Below, in pieces: positions 48,501 through 61,446 of a DNA stretch of 64,000 nt (positions within the stretch are counted from its first letter, which is position 1; every line of letters starts with the position of its first letter). The stretch covers positions 59,954,001 to 60,018,000 of the forward strand of contig OZ024746.1 of the NCBI GenBank assembly GCA_964016885.1, given 5' to 3'. The notes beneath the pieces were generated by a model, which worked only from the letters and a program-made list of their open reading frames with translations, did not search any database and was not told the origin of the DNA. This stretch comes from Eledone cirrhosa (Eukaryota). The position numbers and the translations under genes are program-made.

Positions 48501-50049
48501 TCAAAACAGTGCTGATCTGTGAGTAAACAATGCTACCACCTGGTCCTTAGGTACATTTAATGCAGTTCATAATTGCATAGTAGGCCTAACACTTTGTCTA
48601 GTTTAACTCTTTCATTAACATATTTCTAATGAAAAACACTGCCTCTAATTTTGAACTAATGAAGAATTTGGAGAAATTTATTAATATAACTAACTTTCTC
48701 ATTATTAAACTGGTGTTTGGAATATAATCCAACAAAGATTCTTACATAGAATTATGACAAAAGGTTTTTAGATAAATATAATCACTTTAAAATAGATAGT
48801 GTAGTGTCATAGAAGCAGAGCCAGTTTGATATCAACAGGGTTTATATTTTGAAAAAAGAAGGACATGTTAAAAAAATGCAGTCTTAGATATTTTGTGTTA
48901 CAAACCTTTGGAACAGACTCCTCATCACTCCCTACTCAGGTTTTCCCTGCAGATGTTGGGCATAAACCTTACTAGACTGGAAGAAACTGCAAAGATCATG
49001 AGCTTTGTCCTTCCTCCGTGACAAACTTATCTATAGATATGTGTATTACTCACATCTATAGAACCTGAGTACAATACACTCAGAGATATTGTTTGTATGC
49101 AACATGATGGCCACATATTAACTGCTATACATCAGCTTAATAACAAAGCTAGTTATATTCCTACAGTCCTTCAAATTATTTATTATTTTCGAAATTAATT
49201 GAAACACATTGGCAGTGTATTTCATTAGAAATATGGTAACAAAAGGATTTAGCACATGCATGTAAGCAAACGTTTTCCAACCATAACCACCTCGTTTTTC
49301 TTTTTTTTTAAACTACATTAAATGCTTCATGTCGATATGGTCCATGCATGCATACAATGTAAAACAAAAATGTTGAATATACACCCTTTATGTGTGGTCT
49401 GTTGAAGGAGATATTTACTATATGATGTACAGTTAGGTGTTTACAATAACATTCTGTGTATATCTCAGTTGTTAGGAAAGGTACACCTTTTCTCTGCATG
49501 TTGTAAGAGGCAACTAAAAAGGTTAGCATCAAGAAGGGCATCCAGCTGTAAAACATTGTCTTAAAGTCCTGTCCAAGTTAGACCAGCAAAAAAAAAAACA
49601 GACCTAAAAATTATGATGATGTTATTACAGCTTACATCTGAGCATTTCAGAAGGCTTTTTTGGTACTTTAATGATAGGGGTACCAATCCTATTATAAAAA
49701 TCAATGTGAAATTTAGTGTCTTGCTTTGCTCAAGAACACAATTCACTAACTAGTCAAAGAATTTAACCCATAACCTTATTATTAATCCAACACCTTAACT
49801 ACTAGGCCAAATGTCTTCATTGGTGATGATGATCTTTGAATGAATGTTTAGTGTGATATTTTGTATCAATTTGATAGTTAACTTTGTGTTAATGTTGGTT
49901 TTGTTGTATTTTAGGAAATGGCTGCGCCTTGAAAATAGGATTTCTAAAGGATGTTGTGACGTCCATATTGGAAATTCTTTGAGGGAAATAGGATAATTTC
50001 AGACAATTGTGAATATCAAAGCTGGTTTCTGCAGTAACACATTGGCTGG

Positions 50050-51318
50050 ATGGAAGACCATACAGTAAAGGCAGAATACAATTGCGAAATTTGTGATAAA
50101 AATTTTTCAAACATTTCATTGTTTAATAAGCATAAACGAATACATACAGGAGAGAAATTATTTACCTGTGACATTTGTAAAAAGACATTTGTTAGACAGT
50201 ATCATTTAACGAATCATTTAATGATACACACCGAAGAGAGGCCATTTAGCTGCGAAGTTTGTGGTAAAACATTCACAACTAAAATGTACATGACTCAGCA
50301 TAAAACAGTTCATACTAAGGAGAAGCCACATCATTGTGACGTTTGTAATAAAACATTCTCTAGAAAACATCAGTTAGCTAGCCATTTAATGGTTCACACT
50401 GGTGAGAAACCATTCAGTTGTGATGTCTGTAGTAAAACATTTGCTAGTAAAGTTTACTTGACTCAGCATAAAATAGTCCACAGTGCCGAGAAACCACATC
50501 GCTGTGAGGTGTGTGGGAAAGCATTTTCAAGGAAGCCTCAGTTGACTAGTCACAAACTGGTTCACACTGGGGAGAAGCCCTATAACTGTGACATTTGTGG
50601 GAGAGCTTTCTCAAGTAGAGGTAACATTGCCCATCATAAAGTGATTCACACAGGGGAAAGACCACACAAATGTGACATCTGTGGTAAGACATTTCCACAT
50701 AAAGGTAATGCTATTAAACATAAAATGATTCACATTGGAGAGAAACCATTGCAGTGTAAACTTTGTAGTGAGACTTTTCCAACTAGTGAGGAATTGAAGA
50801 AACACAAACAGTCTCATGCAAGAGACAAACGACATAATTGTGACATTTGTGGTAAAGCGTTTTCTAGAAAATCTCACATAACTCGACATAGAATGATTCA
50901 TACAGGAGAGAGGCCACATCACTGTGATATTTGTGGCAGAAGGTTTGCTGATAATGATGACTTAAAGAGACATATAATGGTTCATACAGGACAGAAACCC
51001 TACCAGTGCGAAATCTGTGGCAAGGCGTTCGCAAATAACGGTGATCTGAAGAGACATAAGCTAACTCATACAGGGGAGAAACCTTACCACTGTGAAATTT
51101 GTGGTAAAACATTCTCAAGAAAATCTTATGTCACCACACATCAAACAATTCACACAGGGGAGAGGCCTTTCAGTTGTAATATCTGTGGTAAGACCTTTTT
51201 GGTTAATAGTAACTTGAAGAAACATATGACAGTTCATACAGCAGAGACAACATTTCCATGTGACTATTCATTTGATAATGAGTACAAACTTCCTGATGTT
51301 CTTCAAACAGTTGAGTGA
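50050..51318 (+). CDS. C2H2 zinc-finger protein F (14 fingers, 422 aa)
   Basis: Intact ORF with 14 fingers and a short acidic tail. Acceptor ttttgttgtatttTAG| with the exon starting at 49915. Confidence 0.95.
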   Translation: MEDHTVKAEYNCEICDKNFSNISLFNKHKRIHTGEKLFTCDICKKTFVRQYHLTNHLMIHTEERPFSCEVCGKTFTTKMYMTQHKTVHTKEKPHHCDVCNKTFSRKHQLASHLMVHTGEKPFSCDVCSKTFASKVYLTQHKIVHSAEKPHRCEVCGKAFSRKPQLTSHKLVHTGEKPYNCDICGRAFSSRGNIAHHKVIHTGERPHKCDICGKTFPHKGNAIKHKMIHIGEKPLQCKLCSETFPTSEELKKHKQSHARDKRHNCDICGKAFSRKSHITRHRMIHTGERPHHCDICGRRFADNDDLKRHIMVHTGQKPYQCEICGKAFANNGDLKRHKLTHTGEKPYHCEICGKTFSRKSYVTTHQTIHTGERPFSCNICGKTFLVNSNLKKHMTVHTAETTFPCDYSFDNEYKLPDVLQTVE

Positions 51319-51469
51319 TGTAAAGATTGTCAAAATTGTGCTAATACATCATTTTTTTTTTACATGAGAAAAACTGTTGATCAGAATCTATAGCCATAGG
51401 TACACATCAAGAGATACAATCACTTTCCTCTACTTCTCCAAACTCATGATTATATACAATTTATTATAT

Positions 51470-52355
51470 ATAATTAATTATAACCAACCAAGTTTGCACT
51501 ATATGCAAATGAACATATCCAGAAAATGTTCAATACATCAGCTTTAGCCTATTATTATCTTAGTACCAGGTGAGTGAGAGTCACTTATGAAAGATTAACA
51601 AATCTTTTTGATATGTTGTCTGGCATTCTCATCAGCACTGAGATAGCTGTGATGTGATCACGGCACAAAAAAGAGAAAAAATATTTTCATAACGAAAAGA
51701 TTTTTTTCTTTCCTATAGAACCTTAGCTTTCATTATTTATTGTACATAAACATATCATATATGTTTTCATATACACCCCTGTTATGAACAAACGCTATGT
51801 TAGTGATACTGCCACTTAATTATAATCAGCCAAGTTCACCTATATGCAAATGAGCATTTCCAGCAAATGTTCAATATGCAAAATCTATATAGTCTTTAGC
51901 CTATTTTCATCTCAGTACTGGGTGAGTAAGTGGCACTGATGAAAGATTAACGAACCTCTGTTACAGACCTGCCAACCTCTAAAAACCCAAACGAGGAGTA
52001 CCATGAAAAAAAGTGCTCCAAAACGGGGAGAAATGAGGCAAAATGGGGAGATTTTACATAATGAAAGCTATACCCATTTTCACAAGAGAAGAGATCTCCA
52101 ACACGATAAAGCAGATGGGAGATCTCCTCGTCGGACGGAGAGAGTTGACAGGTCTCTTGTTATTGGCATTGTCACTGAGATAGCTGTGATGTAAACACAG
52201 CATAAAAAAAAAAAGAAAAAATATTTTCATAGTGAAAATATTTTTTTCTTTCATAGCGAGTCTCTTATGTATTTATTGTATCATTCATAAACATATTGTA
52301 TATTTTTTTCATATACACTGTCATTATGAACAAACGCTATGTTAGCACCACCGCC
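51470..52355 (+). repeat. Tandem duplication of a ~345-bp unit; copy 2 interrupted by a MITE
   Basis: ccaagtt...tatatgcaaatga, gaaagattaac, cactgagatagctgtgatgt and ttatgaacaaacgctatgttag each occur twice. Confidence 0.8.
51964..52156. mobile_element. MITE with CAGACCTGCCAAC / GTTGACAGG(T/C)CT termini (hAT-like)
   Basis: TIRs visible. A shorter copy at 56111-56206 is flanked by the 7-bp direct repeat ATGTAAC, and an end fragment lies near 20404-20445. Confidence 0.7.
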
Positions 52356-55151
52356 AACATTTATACATTTAATATAATTTACAAATCAGTAAAAAGAGAA
52401 AAAAGTCGAAGGAAAAAAAAGGGAGAAATCATGCACTCAATTTACACACTACAATATTGGAGAAAAGACGTTGGTGTTCTCAAAAAAAAATTTTGAAGCA
52501 ACCAAAAATTCAAGTGATAGTAAAGCTAAGGCGCTAGTCTATCCAAGCAACCTCACATGCATCACCTTTTACTTTAGTAAGTCGAACTGCCAACGATGAC
52601 AGGAATTTCGATGTCAGCGGCCCAGTTTCCCTAAATGTCTCGAATGCCATATTGCTCATTAAGTCATAAAAGAATCAGTTTTTATATATGTATTACATTG
52701 ACTGTGGACATGGAACACTGAGAAAGAAAAGTTCTCAATCAATTAAATTTTGAATAATTGACATATACATATATGCAGGTCATCTTGTATTTTTATTCCT
52801 CACAGAGTTGTTTACCCTTATTGGTATCCCCCTCCCCTCATACATGTAATCAGATTAAATATAGACTTACTACTAAAAAAATAGATAAATGTATTAAAAA
52901 GACCAGATTCAAGCAAATTAGGGTTTGCCTTTTTATGAAAGCTGTAAGATTTCTTATCAAAATACTGGGTATACATATAGATTAGAGTCGGATATGGTCG
53001 ACAATAAAATGAAACTGAATGGAGTAAGTGATTTTTCGCCTAATTCCAAAAGATTTGTGTAACCTTTTCTTTGATCATTGCCTGTATTCTCTGTATGTAT
53101 ATTGGAGTCGTTGTAGTCTACAAAGTTCTGATCACGAACAGTAGTATCATGAATGTATATTGCAGTTCAATTGATAAGATCCAGCTTCCTAACATTCATT
53201 TTCTTTTAAAAGTAGTGGGGGAATCTCCACACCCTTAGCTGGACAGTATATCTCAGCTGCATCCAGTTGACAAGATGGCGAATGCATTTTTGCTGAAAAC
53301 AGCCAGCAATACTCGCTGCATCAGCCATTCTACCCTACGACGGCAAACCTCTGCACCCCTGTTTGGGTGGTGTACCTCAGCTGCTCACCACGGACATGAT
53401 GGCAAAAGCATTACTGCAAAAAGTAGCCAGTGATACCTGCTCAATTTCTTTTCTCTTTTTTGACGGAAAAGTTGTATAAAAAATATGATTACAGAAAACA
53501 CAAACACATAATATATACAAAGCAGGTAATACATACATTTAGAACCACATACAACAAAAGGAAGGAGAAAGAGTGGGCAAACGAACTGCTCAACTATATC
53601 CGACTTTATTTTATACGTATACAAAATTATGAATGTGAAACTAAAGAAGCCAATTCTGTAAGTATTTCTTGACATAATGTTCTAGAAATGAATTGCTATA
53701 TTTTTAAAACTGAATGTAGACATAGTGAGATAATAAATACTGTGGGAGAGAGGTGTTTAAAACAACTTCAGAGCAAGTATGTTTTGTAATTAATTCCTTT
53801 AATGAAATAAAGTCAAATTGAATATTTCTTACTATGTATCACTTTTTTTTATTGGCGGAAACACGATGTATTTATAAATTGTTTATATTAGTTATTATTA
53901 TCTAACACAATTTCTTTTTATATTCATTAATATCAATTATAATTATTTTCATTCATATTTTTCTAATAAATCATTCGGACGTTACATAAAACGAGACAAA
54001 CCAGATAATATTTTATTGCTCAAATGTGTATAGATATTGCTGGATTTCTTTTGATACTTAAAATATATTTTAAGTTAAGATTACGAAAGATTACCCATGT
54101 TTTATACAAAGGAAATCACGGTGTGTCAGGAAAATGCTTCATAGCCCCAGTGGACATAATGGTGTGAATGTATTATCTGGAAGGAGGGAGATGTTTTGAA
54201 AAAGCCAGTTCACTTCGCAGTCTTTGGGATAGTCATTGCAATCTTGATAGAAGTGTATAGGGAAGTGGTTCAAATATCAAAGAGTAACCGACTCTTTTGT
54301 CGGATGACGAAGCCTGGGTCTGACGCTGATTTCACCTGGTTGCCACTGGAGAATGTACCATTGCAGGACACATGCTGGAACAGATAGATTGTGATGCCAT
54401 CCCCTTGGTCTAACCCCCTTTTTTTTCTCTTGGTTTTCTGAAGAAAGAAAAAGGATTCACCCAAAAACATCTGGTGTCAAATACACTCGAACCCGTTGGA
54501 CAGGTGTGGAAAGAACTACGGCAGATCGATTATGTTGACGGAAGCAAGATGTCATATGCAGGAAGGCCTAAGTCTAAGTCCAACTCGGCCTGACTACACC
54601 ACTGGCGGTGATTCCAGTTACGACAGGGAAAACAGCTTCATCCACGCTATGTTTAACGATATTAGTGAGAGCGAGAATCGACCGACACCGAAGTGACATG
54701 ACCAAAGACATCTACAGTTTGTCGTTTGGCATATTTATTTTATCAATTTAATCGTCCGTGTAAAGCTGGTAAGCCATGATTGGCTGTGAAAAGTATCTAA
54801 TACTCATTGGTTATATATGAAGAAATAAAAACGAGAGGAAAACAGAAGAACAGCTAAATGTTTCTGTTAAAACATTGTAGCCTACATGAATTGGAATATC
54901 TTCTTTATGGTTAGTAGTTCGTTAAAATAAATTGCCCCATCTACCATGGTAGCCCTTTAAAGACCAATTTTTAAATAGCCCCTCGGATTGGATATTATTA
55001 CATTGAAACAATGCTTCCTTTAGGAAGTCTTCACAAGAACACGAATGTGAATCCAAATGACTTGTTTATATATCACAATACTTTTGTGTTGTTTTAACCA
55101 GCTTGGGGATATTTTGTTTGCTTTACGCTTTTTATATATTGTAATGTAAAA

Positions 55152-55711
55152 TAATTGTTTCTACTTTTGGCACAAGGCCAGCAATTATCCCAGTGCATTA
55201 CTGGTGCCTTATTTTATCGATCCCATAGGGATGAAAGGCAAAGTTAACCTCGGCGAGATTTGAACTCAGACCGTAAAAAGCCATAACTCTATGCTGCAAA
55301 GCATAGCGTCCGACCCTCTCCCCGATACTGCCAACTGCTTCGTTTACACTTCTAACTAAAGGCTTAAAATGTTCTTCAATGAAGCCGTTTTAGCATAGTG
55401 TTTAACGTACTTGTTCAGCACCTGAGAGACGTGGTGTACAATTCCTCACAAGTGCCTCAGCCCATTTTTTTAAATTTATTCTTCAGTAGGTACTTTTCTC
55501 AACAATAAAGTTATGAAGGAAAAGGTGGCAGATTGGCAGTATCGGTAGAGGGTCGGACGCCATGCTTTGACGCATAGAGTTACGGCCCTTGCCATTCTGA
55601 GTTCAAATCCCGTCGAGGTTAACTTTGCCTTTCATCCTTACGGGATCGATAGAATAAAGTACCAGTAATGCATTGAGTAATTGCTGGCCTTGTGCCAAAA
55701 GTAGAAACAAA
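55152..55711. mobile_element. Divergent pair of young SINE copies (55152-55335 -, 55524-55711 +)
   Basis: Full-length copies with A box tggcagtatcggtag and B box gagttcaaatcc. Confidence 0.8.
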
Positions 55712-56110
55712 TAAAGTTATGAGAGAAAAGGGTGCAAGAACACAAGGTGTAGTTATGGCCATTACGGACAAATGAATCCAAGGGGAGATAATTCTTTTTT
55801 TTAAGAAAAGCAGACGATAGCTCATGGTTGAGAACGAACGTTGTATGTTGTTTGTCTGGATTTTTTTTCCTTCTGAATTTCAGAAGATACTGTATTCTGT
55901 TTTACCTGAGTCTATAGCAACATTGTATGTTACTATATCTTGCACGTACAAGGATTTCTCTGTGATATTATTGACATGAAGTATTATTCGCCTGTGAAAA
56001 GAATAAAGACCCGAAGGTAAGCAGATATTTGTCCTCTCAATTTTGTTTGAAAGCAGGTGGGTAGCTTGTTGCCGGCTTGTGTTGTTGAATTGGAATTTAT
56101 AGTATGTAAC

Positions 56111-56206
56111 CAGGCCTGTCAACTCTCCTCCGTCGGACGATATCTTCTCTTGAGGCACCTTTTTCATGGTACTCCCCGTTTAAGTTTTTAGAGGTTGGCA
56201 GGTCTG
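56111..56206. mobile_element. Short copy of the same hAT-like MITE
   Basis: caggcctgtcaact...aggttggcaggtctg with ATGTAAC duplicated on both sides. Confidence 0.75.
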
Positions 56207-56214
56207 ATGTAACA

Positions 56215-56560
56215 GAGTACTGTACTGCGTTATTAGCAAGATACTGTATTACTATGTTACTAGTAAGGTATTGTACTGCCTACTTAGGAAAGTACTGTAT
56301 TATGTAATTAGTAATGTACTGTACTGTCTACATTGGAAGGTACAGTAATATGTAATTAGTAAGGTAATGTTCTGTCTACCTGGGAAGGTATTGTATTATG
56401 TAGTTAGTAACGTACTGTACTATACACCTTAGAAAGTACTTCATTATCATCATTTAACGTTCATTTTCCATGCTAGCATGGGTTAGAAGGTACAGTATTA
56501 TGTAATAAGTAAGGTAATGTTCTGTCTACCTGGAAAGGTACTGTATTATGTAGCTATTAA
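56215..56560. repeat. Degenerate ~21-22 bp minisatellite
   Basis: Repeated tactgtattatgtaattagtaag / tactgtctacctggaagg units. More copies lie near 57005-57090. Confidence 0.7.
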
Positions 56561-58220
56561 GGTAAATCAAATTTAAAGATATATCTTTTCATATTCTCAT
56601 GTTTAGAAATAAATGTATCTCTAACAGTTGTTTGATCAATGGAACAGTCTGCTTGTAAAGTTAACATATAAGTGAATAAGAATTCCACAAACATGGTGAG
56701 ATTCAGCATGACAAGGGTGGCCCTTTGAATTAAAGGTACAGTCCATTTGACAGTTTCCTTCTACCTAATTTCACTCAAGTCTTGGGTCAACCCAAGATGC
56801 CATGCAGTGGTATCAAACCCAGAATTCAATGGTTGCAAAGCCTATTTATTAACCTTTTAGCCATACTGTATCTACCTTATGTATATAAGAAAATCTTGAG
56901 AACTCTTCGAATTTACCATTGTTCTCTTTAAAAATGGACTAGGGTGCCTATGTTTATTCTTTTAGTGCACCATATAAGTGCATTATTATTATTATTATTA
57001 AGATCATGTACTGTCTACCTGGGAAAATACTATATTATGTAACTACTAAAGTAGTGTACTGTGTACCCAGGAAGATAATGTATTGTGTGTAATTCCACAA
57101 ATCTATGTATGGTTGTTTGACATTAAGTATTTTACTGGACTGTAATGGTTACAAAAACAATATATTCCTACAAACATTTTAGGTACCTCTCTTCTTCCTT
57201 AGCTGATTAGCATATCTTCACAATTCATTACAACCAATAGCTAACAGATGATGTGTCCTTTTTCTCAGCCTCTTCTACTGATATTACAACACATTAAAAC
57301 CATTAGCCAATAGATACTTGCTTGTTCTCTCACTATTTCTCCTACTTCTACTACAACACTTTAAAACTAGTCAACAGTTGGTAGCTCCTAGGTTAGGTAA
57401 TGTCGGACTCAGCAGGATTTGAACTGGAAGCACAGACAACCAGTCAAATATCACCAGGCATTATCTTTCCTCCTCCTCATCACTGAATAGCAAATCTTCA
57501 GTCCACAACACATTCGAACCACAAGTTAACAAACAGTACCTCCAAGGTAAAGTCAACCTTGGTGCAATTTGAACTTTGAGTGCAAAGAGTCAAAACAAAT
57601 ACTGCAAGGTATTTCTTCCAATGCTCTAACATTTACTAATTCATCTGTTGGCATTGATGGTCAACAACAATAAAATTAAAAATCATTACAACAACTACAT
57701 CAATAATGGTGATAAGACACGTAATGGTTAATACATGAAACTTTTATTCTGTCTTACATGGAGTGTATCTATAATGGATAGACAGATTGATAAAGCAAGG
57801 TACTGATGAACGAATACAGTAGAAATAGATACATAGTGAGAGATATGAGTTAGATAGAAAATGATAGAAGAGATAGATAGATAGATAGATAATGAGAGAA
57901 GATAGATTAGATAAAGATAAATAGATAGAAATCTAGTGAGAGAGGCAAATAAACATCCACACGTTTTTGAGGCAAAAAGACAACCACGTGTGTGTGTGTC
58001 TATTTTCAATATGCAATATATATATATATATATATACACACACACCACACATATATATGTGTGTGTGTGTGTATATATATATATCATGTGTATGCCAGAG
58101 AATGGAAAAGTACTGTATTTTATTTTTATTGCAATTCTATTTCTCATACAGTAACTACCCCTGGTTTCAGAATGCCTGTAGTGGTTATGGCAACATGCCT
58201 TCCTTAACGCTGACTATACA

Positions 58221-58272
<52 letters not shown>

Positions 58273-58770
58273 GGCAGATAGAGAGCATGTTATTTATTTA
58301 TTCTTTTTTTTAATTATAAAGTGAATTTAATACCCTAATAGCACAGAAAATATAAGCAATTTTCTAATACGACTTTGATTTTTATTGTGAGACAATTGTA
58401 CTATTTTGCTGCAAACCATTTTTATTAAATGTAGAGCTTGGCATGATGGTATGGCTACAGTTTGGAAATAGAGAGCATTTAGTCTTTTTTTTTTTCCATT
58501 GCAAAATATCTTTCACTAAAAAGGTTAGTTTTCGGGTTAGGCCGGAATTGTCTCCCCCTTTTCTTTTTTTTTTCACAACTCACAGTACATCACTGTATTG
58601 CCTGCCTCATGCATAATGCTGTATATAATTTTTCAAAAAGTTAGAACATAACAACAAAGTTTCTAAATGTAGCTATGAGATGAACTTCAGCGCGCGCGCA
58701 CGCACACACATCTATATATCAGTATATATACATATATATGTGTATGTATATATATATATACACACACACA

Positions 58771-58982
58771 CAGGGTGACCACAAAAACACTCGAGCTTGA
58801 TTATCACATTGATGTTTGCCGAGCAATAAAAGGGGCACACATCGAGTGTCTATGATATCAACCAATACCACATATAACTTTGTTAGTTTATGCAACTGTC
58901 ACCACCAATATTGTAAGAATATTCATTTAAGTTTTCATATTATAAGTATTTGAAATCAAGGAGTGTTTTTGTAGTCACCCTA
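58771..58982. mobile_element. Tc1/mariner-type MITE
   Basis: TIRs cagggtgaccacaaaaacactc / gagtgtttttgtagtcaccct within a TA/CA microsatellite. Confidence 0.65.
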
Positions 58983-59207
58983 TATACATATATATAGATA
59001 GATGTGTGTGTGTGTGTGTGTGTGTGTGTTTATGTATTTATATATATGTATATATATATATTACCATCATCATTTAACATTCATTTTCCATGCAAGGGTT
59101 GGATGGGTCATCATAGACTAAGTCAGTACTTAATCGATGCTACTAACCCTATAGATGGGCTGCGGGCCACATCTCACTTACATTCCTGCAATCTCCACAC
59201 ACACACG

Positions 59208-59252
<45 letters not shown>

Positions 59253-59660
59253 AGGGTGTATATACAAGTAGTACTACTTATTTTGTAACATTGGTACAGG
59301 GACAGAAATTTGGTAAGGGGAGGCTACAGTCAATTAGGTCGACACCAGTATATCCATGGTACTTATTTTTTTTTTTTTTACCCATTTCAAAAGGATGAAA
59401 GGCAAAATTAACCTCAGTGGGATGTAAAGAGTCACAACAAATACTGCAAGGCATTTTGTTTGACAATAATAGTAATAATTCTTTCTAACACAGGCACAAG
59501 GCCAGCAATTTGAAGGAAGGCAAAAGTCGATTATATCAACTGCAGTAATTAACTAGTATTATATTTTTTCCACCTCGGAAGGATGAAAGGCAAAATTTAC
59601 CTCACTGGGATTTGAACTCAGAATATAAAGAACTGGAACAAATACCACCTCGGATTTTGT

Positions 59661-59707
<47 letters not shown>

Positions 59708-59851
59708 AATAATAACAATAATGATTATTATTATTTAATGTTATTTATTATACTCTGCAACAATATATGATATAAATCTGCTATCTCACTCAACACCTTA
59801 CTGAGCGCTTTAGTTCATGTGAATGAGATATATACAATACACACACACACA

Positions 59852-59854
<3 letters not shown>

Positions 59855-59886
<32 letters not shown>

Positions 59887-59903
59887 GTGTATGCATATAT
59901 ATT

Positions 59904-59934
<31 letters not shown>

Positions 59935-60187
59935 CTGTATATATATAAGTATATATATATATATATGTATGTATATGTATATCTAAGTATATATATATGT
60001 ATACATAAGTATATGTATATATAAGTATATATATATATAGGTATACTTATGTATATATATATGTATGTATATGTATATCTAAGTATATATATATATATAT
60101 ATATATACATATATGTATACATAAGTATATGTATATCTAAGTATATATATATATACATATATGTATACATAAGTATATGTATATATA

Positions 60188-60220
<33 letters not shown>

Positions 60221-60473
60221 GTATATATATGTATATATGTAGGTATATGTATATGTATATATATTTATATGTATATATAAGTATATGTATATATAGGTAT
60301 ATGTATATATATGTATACGTATATATATGTATACGTATATATAAGTATATATATATATGCATATATATAAGTATATATATATATGTGTATATATATATAA
60401 GTATATATATATATATATGTGTGTGTATATATATATATAAGTATATATATATATGTATATATATATATATTAG

Positions 60474-60550
<77 letters not shown>

Positions 60551-60655
60551 GTATATATGTATATATATGTATATATATGTATATATATGTATATATAAGT
60601 ATATATATATGTATGTATGTATATGTGTGTATATATATATGTGTGTGTATATATA
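59855..60655. repeat. Long compound (TA)n/TATG microsatellite
   Basis: About 800 bp of TA-dominated low-complexity sequence. Confidence 0.95.
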
Positions 60656-61109
60656 ATGATTTAGTTTGTAAAACCATATTTATATATTCCATTGCATGCA
60701 ATCAACATGAAACCTACGGTATGGAACAAATAAACAATGCCGCACACACCTAAGCCCACAGCTAAGTGTGCTTATGTTTATTTATGAAGGTAAATTAATA
60801 TACATTCACACACACATGCACACACGTGTATGCATATATACACACATACACTCATACATACATATGAGAGAGTGAGATATATCTGTGAATATTTGTATTA
60901 TGACTTATCATCATCATCATCATCTTTCCACATAAATGTTATGAATATAACCACGATATAACAAAGAAAATTTTATTTTTCATTTTGTCATTGTCATTGT
61001 TATTATTATTATTATTATCAATGTTTGCCCTATTAAAGATAACACACCAAGCACCCATTGTTTTATACACAGCATAAACACATCATGTATGTATATATGT
61101 GTATATATA

Positions 61110-61181
<72 letters not shown>

Positions 61182-61413
61182 ATTATATATATATATAAAC
61201 TGAAGCTGCAGATTAGATTAAAGACAAACATGTGTGTTTTATATATTAGTTACATATATGAACTATGTTGCTTATATTATTTATTTATGCATGTCACAAA
61301 TTTCTTTTTTGACAACTACACTATAAATCTGAAGGTACCCATTTTTATACATGACAAGGAGGAGGAAGAAGCATGGATCCTTCCAACAACAGTAAATTCA
61401 CATACATATAGAT

Positions 61414-61446
<33 letters not shown>

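Noticed and set aside
10483-51318. Assigning vertebrate gene symbols such as ZNF or OZF names
   Set aside because: Similarity would reflect generic finger repeats, not orthology.
59883-60753. 272-aa and 234-aa ORFs rich in Y/I/H/T
   Set aside because: Translation artefacts of the (TA)n compound microsatellite.
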